Source: Planctomycetota bacterium (GTDB taxonomy: Bacteria > Planctomycetota > UBA8108 > SXIK01). Taken from it: a DNA stretch of 64,000 nt. Below the pieces are notes generated by a model, which worked only from the letters and a program-made list of their open reading frames with translations, was not told the DNA's origin and did not search any database. This document shows positions 9,558 through 19,418 of the stretch, in pieces. The stretch lies in assembly GCA_965223845.1 (NCBI GenBank), contig CBDCXR010000004.1:2048001-2112000 (forward strand). The letters are read 5' to 3'. The first letter of the stretch is position 1. Each line of letters opens with the position of its first letter. Made by a program: the position numbers and the translations under genes.

Positions 9558-11438
9558 ATGCTTCCACTCGCTCGGACCCATCGAAGCGAAGGTGCTGCCC
9601 GAAGCGGACGCTTCGCGGGAGCGATCCTCGTCGTCTTCGCGCTGGCGTCGGTTTGCGCCACTCCGATCGTCCAGGCCGCGTCTGCGGCCGGTCAAAGCGA
9701 CAAGAAAAGTCGGAGCAGCAAGAAGGGTCGCGGGAACAAGAAGGCCTCGGCCGACTCGTGGCAGGAAAAGGAGTTCGAGCGCGTCCTCGCCAAGTTCGAG
9801 AAGGAGAAAGAGCTCCAGCCGTACGAACGCATCCCCACGATCCAGGCCTTCGGCAAAGCGCCGTGTAAGCGTACGGTCGACTTTCTGAAGGGACTTCTCA
9901 AGAGCGAGTCGAACATCGGCATCCTGACGGCCGTTTGTCGCGCGCTCACTTGGATCAAGTCGGCCGATGCGATCCAGGTCGTACTCACCGACGCGATTCC
10001 GAAGATCGCAGCGATGCCGAGCTCGGGTTTCGCCCTCGGGCAGATCGGACAGATGCTGCAGGGCCCGATGTCGTCGGAGGCCGAGGAGTGGCTTCTCTCT
10101 CGGGGCCTACGCATCCCCGCCCTCAGAAAGAACGAGACGGTCTTTCCGCTCCTTCTCGAAGCCGCGGCGGCGCGGCACAGTCCGAAGCGCATTCCCGTCC
10201 TCTCCAAAGAGATCCGAAAGACTCGCGATCCGAAGCTTCAGGCGAAACTGCTCGTCGCCCTCGCGGAGAAGCCGAGCAGCAGCGTGGTCAAGCTCGCATC
10301 GTCCCTCGTCCGCCATCCCGAGAAGGACGTCAGCATCGCCGCATGGGAAGTCCTCGGCGGACGACCGACGAAGTCGCTGAAAAAACAGTACGTTCGGGGA
10401 CTGAAACACCGCGTTTGGGAAGTGCGCGCGATCTGCGCCGACGCTCTCGGCCGCATCGGCGGCTCCGACGTCGTCGAGCTCCTCACGCCTCTCCTCGACG
10501 ACAAGGACAAGCGAGTTCAGATCGCGGTCGTCGACGCGCTCGCTCACCGCGGGGGCCGCGAGGTGATCGAGCCTCTCTTCCGCGCGATCGATCGCACGAG
10601 CGGACGCGTCCAAGACGACATCGCCGACGCACTCGCACGCCTCACGGGAAAGAACTTCGGGCCGCAGTCGGCGCAGTGGGAAAGCTGGTGGGGCGTTTAC
10701 GGCCCGAAGCTAAAGGACGCCGAACTCGTCCGGCGGACCGCCGAGGAGTTCGTCGCGATCAAGGAAGGCGAGAAGGACAAGGCGACGCTGCTTTACTACG
10801 GACTCCGGGTCCTGTCGGACTACGTCACGTTCGTGATCGACTGCTCGGAGAGCATGAAGGAAGAGTACGTTCCCGCCAAAGAGAAGGAAAAGGCGGCGAA
10901 CGCGCGTCGAACCGGTAAGACCGTCGTCGATACTCCGGAGGAGAAGAAGAAGCGCGCCGACGCGGAGAAGAACGCAAAGAAGCAGCGCATCAAGGTCGCC
11001 AAGGACGAGCTCACCGGCGTCGTGACCGGGCTCAAGGAAGGCACTTCGTTCAACATCGTGCGCTTCGACACCTTCGTCGTCGACTTCGTCCGCAACACGC
11101 TCGCGAGCGGGGACGCGCTGCTCAAGAAGATGGACGAGAAGCTCCGTCCGATGGCGCTCCAGTTCGTCTACACGGCGAAACCCGCCGGACTCACGAACCT
11201 CTCGGGCGCGCTCGAGTCGGCCTTCGGGTACGAGGACGTCGACACGATCTTTCTCCTCTCCGACGGCGCACCGACGGTCGGAATCACCGAGCCGGAACTT
11301 TTCCTGCGAACGGTGAAGCGCTGGAATCGCCTGCGCAAGATCAAGATCAACGTGATCGGGTTCGACCTGAAGCCGAACGAGCGGGCGCTGCTCCGCGAGC
11401 TGGCCGACCAGAACTTCGGCGTGTTCGTCGAACGCTAG
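9558..11438 (+). CDS. Secreted HEAT-repeat protein with C-terminal VWA domain
   Basis: Signal peptide. HEAT repeats (WEVRAICADALGRIG, RVQIAVVDALAHRG, RVQDDIADALARLTG). VWA MIDAS motif 'FVIDCSESM', 'TNLSGAL', 'IFLLSDGAPT'. Confidence 0.85.
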   Translation: MLPLARTHRSEGAARSGRFAGAILVVFALASVCATPIVQAASAAGQSDKKSRSSKKGRGNKKASADSWQEKEFERVLAKFEKEKELQPYERIPTIQAFGKAPCKRTVDFLKGLLKSESNIGILTAVCRALTWIKSADAIQVVLTDAIPKIAAMPSSGFALGQIGQMLQGPMSSEAEEWLLSRGLRIPALRKNETVFPLLLEAAAARHSPKRIPVLSKEIRKTRDPKLQAKLLVALAEKPSSSVVKLASSLVRHPEKDVSIAAWEVLGGRPTKSLKKQYVRGLKHRVWEVRAICADALGRIGGSDVVELLTPLLDDKDKRVQIAVVDALAHRGGREVIEPLFRAIDRTSGRVQDDIADALARLTGKNFGPQSAQWESWWGVYGPKLKDAELVRRTAEEFVAIKEGEKDKATLLYYGLRVLSDYVTFVIDCSESMKEEYVPAKEKEKAANARRTGKTVVDTPEEKKKRADAEKNAKKQRIKVAKDELTGVVTGLKEGTSFNIVRFDTFVVDFVRNTLASGDALLKKMDEKLRPMALQFVYTAKPAGLTNLSGALESAFGYEDVDTIFLLSDGAPTVGITEPELFLRTVKRWNRLRKIKINVIGFDLKPNERALLRELADQNFGVFVER

Positions 11439-11923
11439 CGGGGCGGCCCCTCTCGCCGAGCGGCAATCGCGTAATCGGCGCGCCAGTCGCCTCCCGGTGG
11501 GAAGGCTCCGAGAAACGAGGGCCCTCTCCGCGGGCTGCCTCGAAGGGGCGTTCTGCGGTCCGGGGTCTCGGCGCAGACCGCCGGAGATCCCGAGCGGATC
11601 GTCGCGGGGCCGAACCCCGATTCCTCGGAGACGCCGCTAGCGCGCCCCGAACTCCGTACGAACCGCACCTCTCGCGGCCGCAGCCCGGGCGCAGGTGGGA
11701 CCTCTCGGCCGCTCGGGAAGAGGCCGGCCGCTTCCTCCGTTCACCTTGTTCCGCGAGTTCAGCCGCCGTGGTACCATGGACGTCCGAATCAGCAACGGGC
11801 GCGCGGAACGACCGACGGTCGGACCGCCGCACCGGAGTTCCCCGATCGTTCTAATCCGTGGTTCTCGACCGAGGACGCGGCCGAAGCACGCACCGATTTC
11901 TTGATGCATTCTTGAGGGACGGG

Positions 11924-12418
11924 ATGGCGAAGAAGAAGTCCAGGAAAACGGCCGGCAAGAAGGCCGCGGGAAAGTCGAGCGCGAGCAAGAAGAGCCGCGC
12001 TTCGAAGAAGGCACCGGCGAAGAAGACCGCGCCCGCTCGGCCCGCGCCCACCGGTAGCTCCTGCCAGTTCGTCTGCAGCGAGTGCTATTCGGAGTTCATG
12101 CTTCCCGCGAGCTTCTCCGAGGACACGCTCTCCTGTCCCGAGTGTCTCCACGTGGGCAAGCGACCGGACGACGATTTCATCAAGACCGTTCTCCTTCACA
12201 AGTCGAAGGAGAAGGGCTCGCTCATGATGGCGATGGTCGCCGCGCTCCTCTTCATCGTCGTCACCGCGTACCTGATCTATCAGATCTCTCCGTACGCAGG
12301 CGACTCGGAGCCCGCGATCCCGACCGTCGGACTCCTCGGGATCAGCGGAGTTCTCTTCCTCGCGGTCCTCGGACTCGCCTGGAAGCACGAGTCGAATCGC
12401 TGGGAAGTGTACTTCTAG
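11924..12418 (+). CDS. Small membrane protein with Lys/Ala-rich N-terminal tail, CxxC-CxxC zinc ribbon and two TM helices
   Basis: GAGGG before ATG 11924. MAKKKSRKTAGKK..., CSEC...CPEC, then two hydrophobic stretches. Confidence 0.8.
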   Translation: MAKKKSRKTAGKKAAGKSSASKKSRASKKAPAKKTAPARPAPTGSSCQFVCSECYSEFMLPASFSEDTLSCPECLHVGKRPDDDFIKTVLLHKSKEKGSLMMAMVAALLFIVVTAYLIYQISPYAGDSEPAIPTVGLLGISGVLFLAVLGLAWKHESNRWEVYF

Positions 12419-12547
12419 CCGCGAGCAGATCTCCCTTGCTCGCGACGCGAAGACGCCCGCTCTCGAGTGCGGCGTTCGCGAACCGCTTCCCTCGGTTCGA
12501 TGCGAAGACCGAGCGTGGAAGATCGCGCGCTGAGCGCTGACCCTGCG

Positions 12548-13924
12548 TTAGCGCTCGGAGGATGCCGACGGCGATTCTGAACCGCGCTCACGGCGCGCGC
12601 GCTCACCGCCTCGGAACGAGCGGCCACCCGGATTCCAGCCGTGGGCACCGTCCCCCCGACTCGGATGGCGGCGCTCGTCGCGCCACCGCTCGCGACCGCC
12701 GCGGCGGTCCCCGCGGCCATGCCGGTCGCTCCGGTCGGAGCCGGTGAGCTTTTTCAGGAGCCGTGCTCGCTCGAACGGTCGGAGCGCCGTCCAGCGGGCC
12801 CACGTCGCCGCCGAGATAAACGGGGGGGCAGCGTGGACGCGACCGTCCGGCCGAGTGACGTTCATCAGTCGCTTCAGATCCTCGGCCGAGCAAGCTCCGA
12901 GCGCGGCCGCCTCCGCCGCGTCGGGGAACGTCGAGTTCCACAACTCGTCGGTGAAGTGACGGCGAAGACGCCGAGCCTGGTCGCGAGGGGACAGCGATTC
13001 GATCTCCGCGCGGGTGGCGGCGGGAAGGCTCTCGATCAGCTTCTGCCGCTTCGCCGCGAAGTGTTCGCCGATTCGGATCTTTCGTGCCTCCGGCGGAAGC
13101 GACTCGAGCTCGGCTCGGAGCTCCGCGGGCAGTCTCTCGAGCATTCGCCGGCGGGACTCCTTGGCCTTCTTCTCGGCAAAGAGCTCGCGCGTCCCGCCCG
13201 GCCGGTGCACGCGATCCGCACCGCGAACGGCCCGGCGACAGCGATCGCTCCGGCTGCCCATGCGGCGCACTCGCTCGATGAACGCCCGCCGCTTCTCGTC
13301 GGGAAGCTCCTTGAGTCGAGCGAACAGGAGCTCGAGCTTCGCCCGTCGGTCGGAGTCTAGCTCCTTCCAGCGGTCGCGGTTCTTGCGCCGTCGCTCGTCG
13401 GGATCGACACTCGGACGCTCGCGCCGAGGGCCACCGCGACGCCACTCGCCCGACCGCCCTGAGCGATCCGGACGACCGCGATCCCCGTTCCTTCTCCACT
13501 CGCCGGGGCCCTTGCCCGACCGCGAGTGCCCAAAGCCCTCGCGTTCCCGCCAACGGGATCTCGAACCGCGACGCTCGTCGTCCGCTTCCTTCGCACGCGC
13601 CCCGGCGCCGCGCTCGGTTCGCGCGCGGCCACGCTTGCGCGTCGACTCGCCCGCCGCCTCTTCGTCTCCGCCGGACCACGCACCTCCGCGAGGCCGATTT
13701 GAGTCAGCAGTCGGGCTCGATTCGCGATCGCCCGCACCGGTCCGGTCGCTCTCTTGCGCGGCGATCGGCACGGCACCGAAGACGACGAGGAAACCCCACG
13801 CGCATACCGCCAGCGCACGCGACCTCGCACCCGTCGATTCTCGTGGATTCGACGGAACGCTCGAGATTGCGCGCGGCTGCTTCGGGAAACGGCTCATGAG
13901 ATCGGCCACGGGGAATACGGACAC
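12548..13924 (-). CDS. Exported Arg-rich helical protein, DUF3106-like, third gene of the ECF operon
   Basis: Hydrophobic segment ending PIAAQ. Repeated 'RWKELDSDRR / LKELPDEKRR / LESLPPEAR / WTALRPFER' helices. Start uncertain (13924 or 13897). Confidence 0.6.
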   Translation of the reverse strand: MSVFPVADLMSRFPKQPRAISSVPSNPRESTGARSRALAVCAWGFLVVFGAVPIAAQESDRTGAGDRESSPTADSNRPRGGAWSGGDEEAAGESTRKRGRARTERGAGARAKEADDERRGSRSRWREREGFGHSRSGKGPGEWRRNGDRGRPDRSGRSGEWRRGGPRRERPSVDPDERRRKNRDRWKELDSDRRAKLELLFARLKELPDEKRRAFIERVRRMGSRSDRCRRAVRGADRVHRPGGTRELFAEKKAKESRRRMLERLPAELRAELESLPPEARKIRIGEHFAAKRQKLIESLPAATRAEIESLSPRDQARRLRRHFTDELWNSTFPDAAEAAALGACSAEDLKRLMNVTRPDGRVHAAPPFISAATWARWTALRPFERARLLKKLTGSDRSDRHGRGDRRGGRERWRDERRHPSRGDGAHGWNPGGRSFRGGERARRERGSESPSASSER

Positions 13925-13936
13925 GGGATTACATCT

Positions 13937-14533
13937 CTACATCGACAGCTCTTCTTCGAGGAGGTAGTCGAATACCTCGTCGAGCCAATCCTCGGACTCG
14001 CTCGGCGCGTCGAGAAGAACCTGGACGAGCTCGGGCGTCAGCTCGACCCCCTCCTCGTCGAGGACCTCGAGGACGTCGAGGACGTCGAAGATTTCTTCGT
14101 CCGCGACGGCGAGCGCATCCTCCGGAGAAGGCGACGGAGCATTCGTGCCCGTAGGCGAGAGCCACCACAGGACACCCGCGACGACGAGCGCAGCCGCCGC
14201 GGCGAGCGCGCCCCATCGTCTCCAGTACTGAACGCGAGCGCGCCCCGCCCTCGTGCGCACCGAGCGGACGAACTCTGCCTCTCCGCCCACGCTCGAACCG
14301 GCGAGGATCTCCGCCCTCTGGCCAGAGTAGACGGCGTCCAGAAGATCACCGATCTCTTCGTGTCGTTCGAGCTCCGACCGGCAGGAAACGCAAGTCGACA
14401 GGTGCTCGCGCACGTCGTCCACCGCCGGACCTCGGAGCTCCCCGTCGAGAAACTCGACGAGCGACGCCTGGATACGCTCGCACTGCGGAGGAAGCTCACC
14501 GCGAACGGCGTTTGGATCGGTCATGGTCGACAC
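13937..14533 (-). CDS. Zinc-finger (zf-HC2) membrane anti-sigma factor
   Basis: C...FLDGEL...EHLSTCVSC (HxxxCxxC), a single TM helix, directly downstream of the ECF sigma gene. Confidence 0.9.
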   Translation of the reverse strand: MSTMTDPNAVRGELPPQCERIQASLVEFLDGELRGPAVDDVREHLSTCVSCRSELERHEEIGDLLDAVYSGQRAEILAGSSVGGEAEFVRSVRTRAGRARVQYWRRWGALAAAAALVVAGVLWWLSPTGTNAPSPSPEDALAVADEEIFDVLDVLEVLDEEGVELTPELVQVLLDAPSESEDWLDEVFDYLLEEELSM

Positions 14534-14579
14534 CTCGAAATCACAAATTCGTTCGAAACAATTCCCACCGCACTCCCGA

Positions 14580-15275
14580 TCACACGTTCGGCGCCTCGCC
14601 CGCCGATCGAGCCGCGAGGCGGTACTGCTCGAGGCCGATCTTCAGCTTTTCGCGCGCGCGGACGAGCAGCGCCTTCACCGCGAGCGGTGTGACCTGCAAA
14701 ATCTCCGCGATCTCGGCATAGGATAGCGCCTCGAGCCGCTGAAGCTGAAGCGCCGCGCGCTGATTGTCGGGGAGTGCGGCGATGAGACGCTCGACGACGG
14801 CCTCGAGCTCCCGCTGCTCCGCCTGCTCTCCCGGTGAGGCCGAGCGCACATCCTCGACCGAGCCCCAAAACGAGCCGTCATCTTCGTCTTGTGCGGAAGT
14901 TCCGGCGCCCGGATCGGCGAGCACGCGTCGCCGCCGTCGAATCGCCCGAATCTCGTTGAGCACGAGACGATTCGCGATCGTAAACAGCCAGGTGCGAAGC
15001 TGAGCGGTGGGCTCGTAGCGGGCCCGGGCCCGGTAGACTCTCACGAAAACTTCCTGCGTCAGATCTTCCGCGCGGCCGTCGTCGGTGAGCTTGCTGCCGA
15101 TGAAGTGCTGCACGCTCGCCCGGTAGGCCGCCACGATCCGGTCGAATGCCGACGCGTCGCCGGCTTGAAACGCCTGCATCCAGCGGACGCCGTCGTCCGT
15201 CGACTGCGCCTCCCGTGGGAGCGACGGTCCCAGCGGGGACGGGGATTCGCGGGAAGAGTCGTCGAGTCGATTCAT
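14580..15275 (-). CDS. ECF RNA polymerase sigma-70 factor
   Basis: Region 2 'AEDLTQEVFVRVY...LRTWLFTIANRLVLN' and region 4 'LPDNQRAAL...LSYAEIAEIL..TPLAVKALLVRAREKL'. Start may be 15308, 15275 or 15179. Confidence 0.93.
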   Translation of the reverse strand: MNRLDDSSRESPSPLGPSLPREAQSTDDGVRWMQAFQAGDASAFDRIVAAYRASVQHFIGSKLTDDGRAEDLTQEVFVRVYRARARYEPTAQLRTWLFTIANRLVLNEIRAIRRRRRVLADPGAGTSAQDEDDGSFWGSVEDVRSASPGEQAEQRELEAVVERLIAALPDNQRAALQLQRLEALSYAEIAEILQVTPLAVKALLVRAREKLKIGLEQYRLAARSAGEAPNV

Positions 15276-15710
15276 CCAGTCGAGACGTAACGTCGCCGCA
15301 GGGCTCATGCGGGTGAAACCCCGCCCAGCGTCGAGAGTTGCGAAATGTCCGGCCGCCCGCCCGCGACGGCACCAGGAGCGAAACCCGAGGCGAGCACGCT
15401 TCCGGAAAGAATTAGAGACATCGGCAGCGAGAGGCGCTTTCGGAATCCGCGCCCCTTCGTCCTCAAGTCTCGGAAATGTCGAAACTTCTGGCTCCGACGG
15501 GCACGTGCGCGGACTCGACGGCCCTGTCGTTCCGCCCGGAAAACCTCCGTCCCGCGCTCCTCTCCGTTCTGATAGGATACGCGCCTCACGACGCCTTCGG
15601 CACCCCGGCCGCCACCCGCTCTTCGGCTCTCGAGGCGCGGGCGAGCTCGTCCTCCCCGGGCGCGCGCGCCCGATCGGGAGGAGAATCTACGGGGAACCGA
15701 CTCGGCGGAC

Positions 15711-17858
15711 ATGGCGGTCGAACCCGGAGAGGAGCCAGGCATGCGACGCGCAGGTCGAACCGCGATCTACAGTTTCGCGCTCTGCGCGGTGCTCGCCGCC
15801 GCGAGCTTCGCATTCTACCACCAGCCGTCGCAAGCGACGCTCCGGCTCGAGAATCTTCTCGCCCGCTACTTCGCCGTTCCCGTTCGTGTGAGCGGCTGTC
15901 TCAGCGACCCGCTCGGATCCGGAGTCTCGATCGACGAGATCGCGGTTCCGGCTTCGCCCGTCGTCGTCTCAGCGAACCTCCTCGTACTTCGCGGTCTCCG
16001 CGGCGACCCGCCGGGCGCGAGTCGATTTCGGCACACACTCGAGCGTCGCACCGACGGCGGCGCGCTCCGCGTTCCGGAATGGCGAGCCCGGTCCGCAGAG
16101 CTCGCGCTCGAGAGTCGATCGACCGACCCCCTACACTCGCCGCTCGCCGGCGAGTGGAACGCCTCCGCGCTTCTTCACGATCACATCGACCTCGCCAAAG
16201 TTCGGAGTGGCAACGCGCGCATCATCGTCGACGAGCTCACACTGCGGTACGCAACTCACATCGGCGCAGCGATCCGCCGATGGGACGCGACCTTCGAGTC
16301 GGTCGAAGCCCGGCCTAGCCGCGACGATCGCGTCGTCGTCGACGGCGCACTCCGCGAGTGCGAACACTGGCGCGGCGGCGAGCTGAGCGTGTCGCTCGGA
16401 CGCGATGGTTCGGTTCAGGTCGCGGGCGAGGTCGACTCGCTCGTCGTGAAACCTTCCGAGGGCGCCCTCCTCGGCTCTCCCTGGCGGCGGCTCGTCGAGA
16501 CGCTCGATCTTCACGGCGAGACCGACCTCGACATCCGACGAGTCGAATGGGGAGAGAGCGCCTCATTCGAGCTCGACGTCCTCTCGAGCCATTACGATAG
16601 TCGCCTCCGACTCGGGGCCGCGGAGCTCGAGCACATCCGCGGGACCGCTCACTGCGACGCGCGCGGAGTTCGTTTCGGCCGGTACGCGAATCGGCCGCCA
16701 TTCGAAGCCGAGGTGTGTGGGATCACGATCGGGCTCCACGGTCACCTGGCCGACGGGCGCGGCGAAGTCGGCGCCCGGCTCGAATCGACCGATCTCCGCG
16801 ACGTCAGTCTCGTCTGCGGCGAATCCACACCGGCGGACGGGGGCATGGTTCCGCGTCTCGCGAGACTGATCCATCTCGCTCACGTCGACGGCCTGTCGAC
16901 CGGCGAGCTCACACTCCGCATCACTCCCGAGGGGGTGGGCGACTGGACGAGCGAGTTCCCGCTTCGCAGCGTGACCTTCGGTGTGCTCCCCTTTCTGCGC
17001 GCCGGCCGCGGCGTCCTTCACGCGAGTGATCTCGATGGGCGGCGGTCGCTCCGCGTGATCGTCGACGAGGTGAGCTGGGATGGTTTGGGCCTGCTCTCTG
17101 GCGAGCTCACCGGTTCGTGGACGGACGACGGGTTCCGGCTCGCGGCGACGTCGATCGCGGTTCGGCCCCACGGCGAGGACGCGTCTCGCGGCACGGCAGT
17201 CCTCTTCGGCGAAAGCGAATGGGCTTGGGGCGGGGAGCTTCGCTCACTCGATCTCCGATGGACGGACGTCGAGTTCGCATCGGAACTGCTCGCCGCGACC
17301 GGGATCGCCGGCGGAATCGAGTCGAACGGCGACGCGATCGCCGGTGAGATCACTCTCGGTCCGGGCACCGTCCTCGGCGAGATCGTCGCGCCACGACTGG
17401 AATCCCCGCCGAAACCGCGGAGCGAGGAGGCGCGCGTGACCACCGAAACGGGACCGGCCGACAGCGACACGAAGAGTTCGGCCCCCCTCGAGGGTAGCGA
17501 GAGCGACGGCGGTCACTCGGACGAGCCGCCACCGCTTCCGCGCCGCGCATTCGAACGCGGCCGAGCGCACCTCGTCTTCGCGGCGAACGGAGTCGAGATC
17601 CGATCGCTCAAGCTCCTCGGTCCCGACTGGACTCTCCGCGCGGCGGGAACGATCTCGGCCCGCGGGGAGATCGAGCTGACGCTCGTGGTCGCCGACCACG
17701 CCGAGTATTCGTTCCGGGTCGACGCACTGGACGCCGCCGGTCTCGACGAATGGGAGGCCGCCGCGGGGAAGACGTTCCGCATCGTCCGGCTGGCGGGACG
17801 GTTCGCTCGGCCCCGCGCACGAATCGTCACGCAGCCGGAGCGGAGCGGCGAGTCCTGA
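15711..17858 (+). CDS. Large N-terminally anchored beta-rich protein, possibly AsmA-like
   Basis: N-terminal TM helix, long run of amphipathic beta segments and a C-terminus 'L.A.GTI...GEIELTL...V.L.G.F..P' reminiscent of AsmA-like C-termini. Confidence 0.55.
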   Translation: MAVEPGEEPGMRRAGRTAIYSFALCAVLAAASFAFYHQPSQATLRLENLLARYFAVPVRVSGCLSDPLGSGVSIDEIAVPASPVVVSANLLVLRGLRGDPPGASRFRHTLERRTDGGALRVPEWRARSAELALESRSTDPLHSPLAGEWNASALLHDHIDLAKVRSGNARIIVDELTLRYATHIGAAIRRWDATFESVEARPSRDDRVVVDGALRECEHWRGGELSVSLGRDGSVQVAGEVDSLVVKPSEGALLGSPWRRLVETLDLHGETDLDIRRVEWGESASFELDVLSSHYDSRLRLGAAELEHIRGTAHCDARGVRFGRYANRPPFEAEVCGITIGLHGHLADGRGEVGARLESTDLRDVSLVCGESTPADGGMVPRLARLIHLAHVDGLSTGELTLRITPEGVGDWTSEFPLRSVTFGVLPFLRAGRGVLHASDLDGRRSLRVIVDEVSWDGLGLLSGELTGSWTDDGFRLAATSIAVRPHGEDASRGTAVLFGESEWAWGGELRSLDLRWTDVEFASELLAATGIAGGIESNGDAIAGEITLGPGTVLGEIVAPRLESPPKPRSEEARVTTETGPADSDTKSSAPLEGSESDGGHSDEPPPLPRRAFERGRAHLVFAANGVEIRSLKLLGPDWTLRAAGTISARGEIELTLVVADHAEYSFRVDALDAAGLDEWEAAAGKTFRIVRLAGRFARPRARIVTQPERSGES

Positions 17859-17975
17859 CGGAGCTCTCCATCGCGGCTTCACGGAACGAAGGCCGAAGAA
17901 TTCGTGTTCGCGGCGAAGCATCGCGACGCGGAGATCCGCGTCCTCGAGCTCGGCCGCGGGCTCGCGCCGGAGCGG

Positions 17976-18004
17976 TTGCCACCCCATAGGCGCATCGCTA
18001 TAAT
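17976..18004 (+). promoter_or_regulatory. Sigma-70 promoter of tRNA-Ala
   Basis: TTGCCA-N17-TATAAT, 35 bp upstream of the tRNA. Confidence 0.85.
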
Positions 18005-18039
18005 CGCGCCTCCATCGCCGGCGAGAGCCGGCCCGATGC

Positions 18040-18115
18040 GGGCCTGTAGCTCAGTTGGGAGAGCGCTGCGTTCGCAATGCAGAGGTCAGGGGTTCGACTC
18101 CCCTCAGGTCCACCA
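18040..18115 (+). tRNA. tRNA-Ala (anticodon CGC)
   Basis: 76-nt cloverleaf GGGCCTG...CAGGTCCACCA. G3:U70 alanine identity pair, anticodon loop TT-CGC-AA, T-loop GGTTCGACTCC, encoded CCA. Confidence 0.97.
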
Positions 18116-18124
18116 TGCCCACGC

Positions 18125-18197
18125 GCCTCGGCAGACCCTCTGAAGGATGGCCCTCTGAAGGATGGCGTCCTTCCGAGCGTCTGCCGAGGCCGTTTTC
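18125..18197 (+). terminator. Long hairpin or terminator after the tRNA, containing a 15-bp tandem duplication
   Basis: GCCTCGGCAGAC...GTCTGCCGAGGC then CGTTTT. CCCTCTGAAGGATGG occurs twice (18136-18165). Confidence 0.6.
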
Positions 18198-18242
18198 ATC
18201 TATGGAGTCTCCCGCGAACGGGGGCCGTTCGTTCTCTCGGAC

Positions 18243-19295
18243 TCACCAAGCGTACTGCCAGCCCCCCGTGAGCAGCCAATCCGTCTCGAGCTGCGGGCCG
18301 TCGAGTGCCTGATAGATGGGTAGGCCGAACTCGATCGCGATCCTCTGGCCGCGATACCACGATTCCCGGCCGTAGAGATTGACGCCGACGAGCACGTCGA
18401 TCCGCTCGCCGCCGCGTCGGTTAGGATCGGCGGTCGGCACCATCGCCGGATTGAAGTCCTTGTCCCGGCCGTCGATGTTTCCCCACGCCTGTCCATCGAG
18501 TCGGAGCGAAGTGCTGAGCCAGCGCGTCCACTTGCGCGCGCCCCAGACCGTGAGCTGCGCTCGGTCGCCGAGCGAGTAGCCGGAACTGTTTCGGCCGAGT
18601 CGAACCGTTCCGAGCACTTGTGCGCCCCACGACCAATCGTCGCTCTGGCCGAGGTACGTGAGACCCGGGAGAAGATCGAACGTACCCGATCCTAGCTGCA
18701 TCGGGTACGGGAGCTTCGCTCGCGCGGCGGCCGGCGTGTCGTCCTTCTCCTCGATTGATCCCGTCGGCAGGCTGACCCCCGCGTTCAGATGGAGTTGCTG
18801 GCGCGCCCAGCGGTGGAGGACGAAGAGGCTGCCCAGCTTGAAGTCGCCGAATCCGTCGGTGCGCGTCGTGAACTCGACGCCCGTCCGTGTCCGGTGATCC
18901 ATCTCTTGGCGAATGTAGGGCGCCATGAGCACGAGCGTGAGATCGTCCGTCGGCGCGTGCATCACCCCGAACATGTGCATCTCCATGTACATCATTGTCG
19001 GGGAGACCGGAAAGTCGGCGAGGACGTCGCTCGTGCTCTGCTTGCCGCCGCGACTGCGATTGCCGTCCATCCTCATGAACATGTACCGGTAGGAGAGCAT
19101 CCACTCGCCCGCACTGTGCGTGTGTTCTCCCATGACGCCGATCGGCGCGTGTCCGTCGGGGCGTCCAGCCGACCAGAGAAGCTCGCCGGTCGGAGACGTC
19201 CGGTGCGGCGCGTCGTCCGCGAACGTGCCGAGACCGACTGACGACCATCCGACGAGAAAAAGAGCGACACCATGTCGCCAGATCGTAGAAGACAT
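18243..19295 (-). CDS. Outer-membrane beta-barrel 'transporter' family protein with Met/His-rich N-terminal region (putative metal, e.g. Cu/Ni, uptake)
   Basis: Signal peptide. RPDGHAPIGVMGEHTH, MYMEMHMFGVMH, LPYPMQLGSGT. Alternating barrel strands and a C-terminal aromatic 'WQYAW'. Confidence 0.8.
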   Translation of the reverse strand: MSSTIWRHGVALFLVGWSSVGLGTFADDAPHRTSPTGELLWSAGRPDGHAPIGVMGEHTHSAGEWMLSYRYMFMRMDGNRSRGGKQSTSDVLADFPVSPTMMYMEMHMFGVMHAPTDDLTLVLMAPYIRQEMDHRTRTGVEFTTRTDGFGDFKLGSLFVLHRWARQQLHLNAGVSLPTGSIEEKDDTPAAARAKLPYPMQLGSGTFDLLPGLTYLGQSDDWSWGAQVLGTVRLGRNSSGYSLGDRAQLTVWGARKWTRWLSTSLRLDGQAWGNIDGRDKDFNPAMVPTADPNRRGGERIDVLVGVNLYGRESWYRGQRIAIEFGLPIYQALDGPQLETDWLLTGGWQYAW

Positions 19296-19418
19296 AATCA
19301 CTCTCCGCAGAGTCCAAGTGCGGCCGCGACGTCGATGCGATGCGGCCACGACCGCGCGCTAGCGCGCAGCTACGCGAGGTGGAAAACCCATCCGGCCGGC
19401 GCGCACCGCGCCGGCACC

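Noticed and set aside
18040-18300. Genomic island integrated at tRNA-Ala
   Set aside because: No integrase follows and I saw no second copy of the tRNA 3' end in the window.
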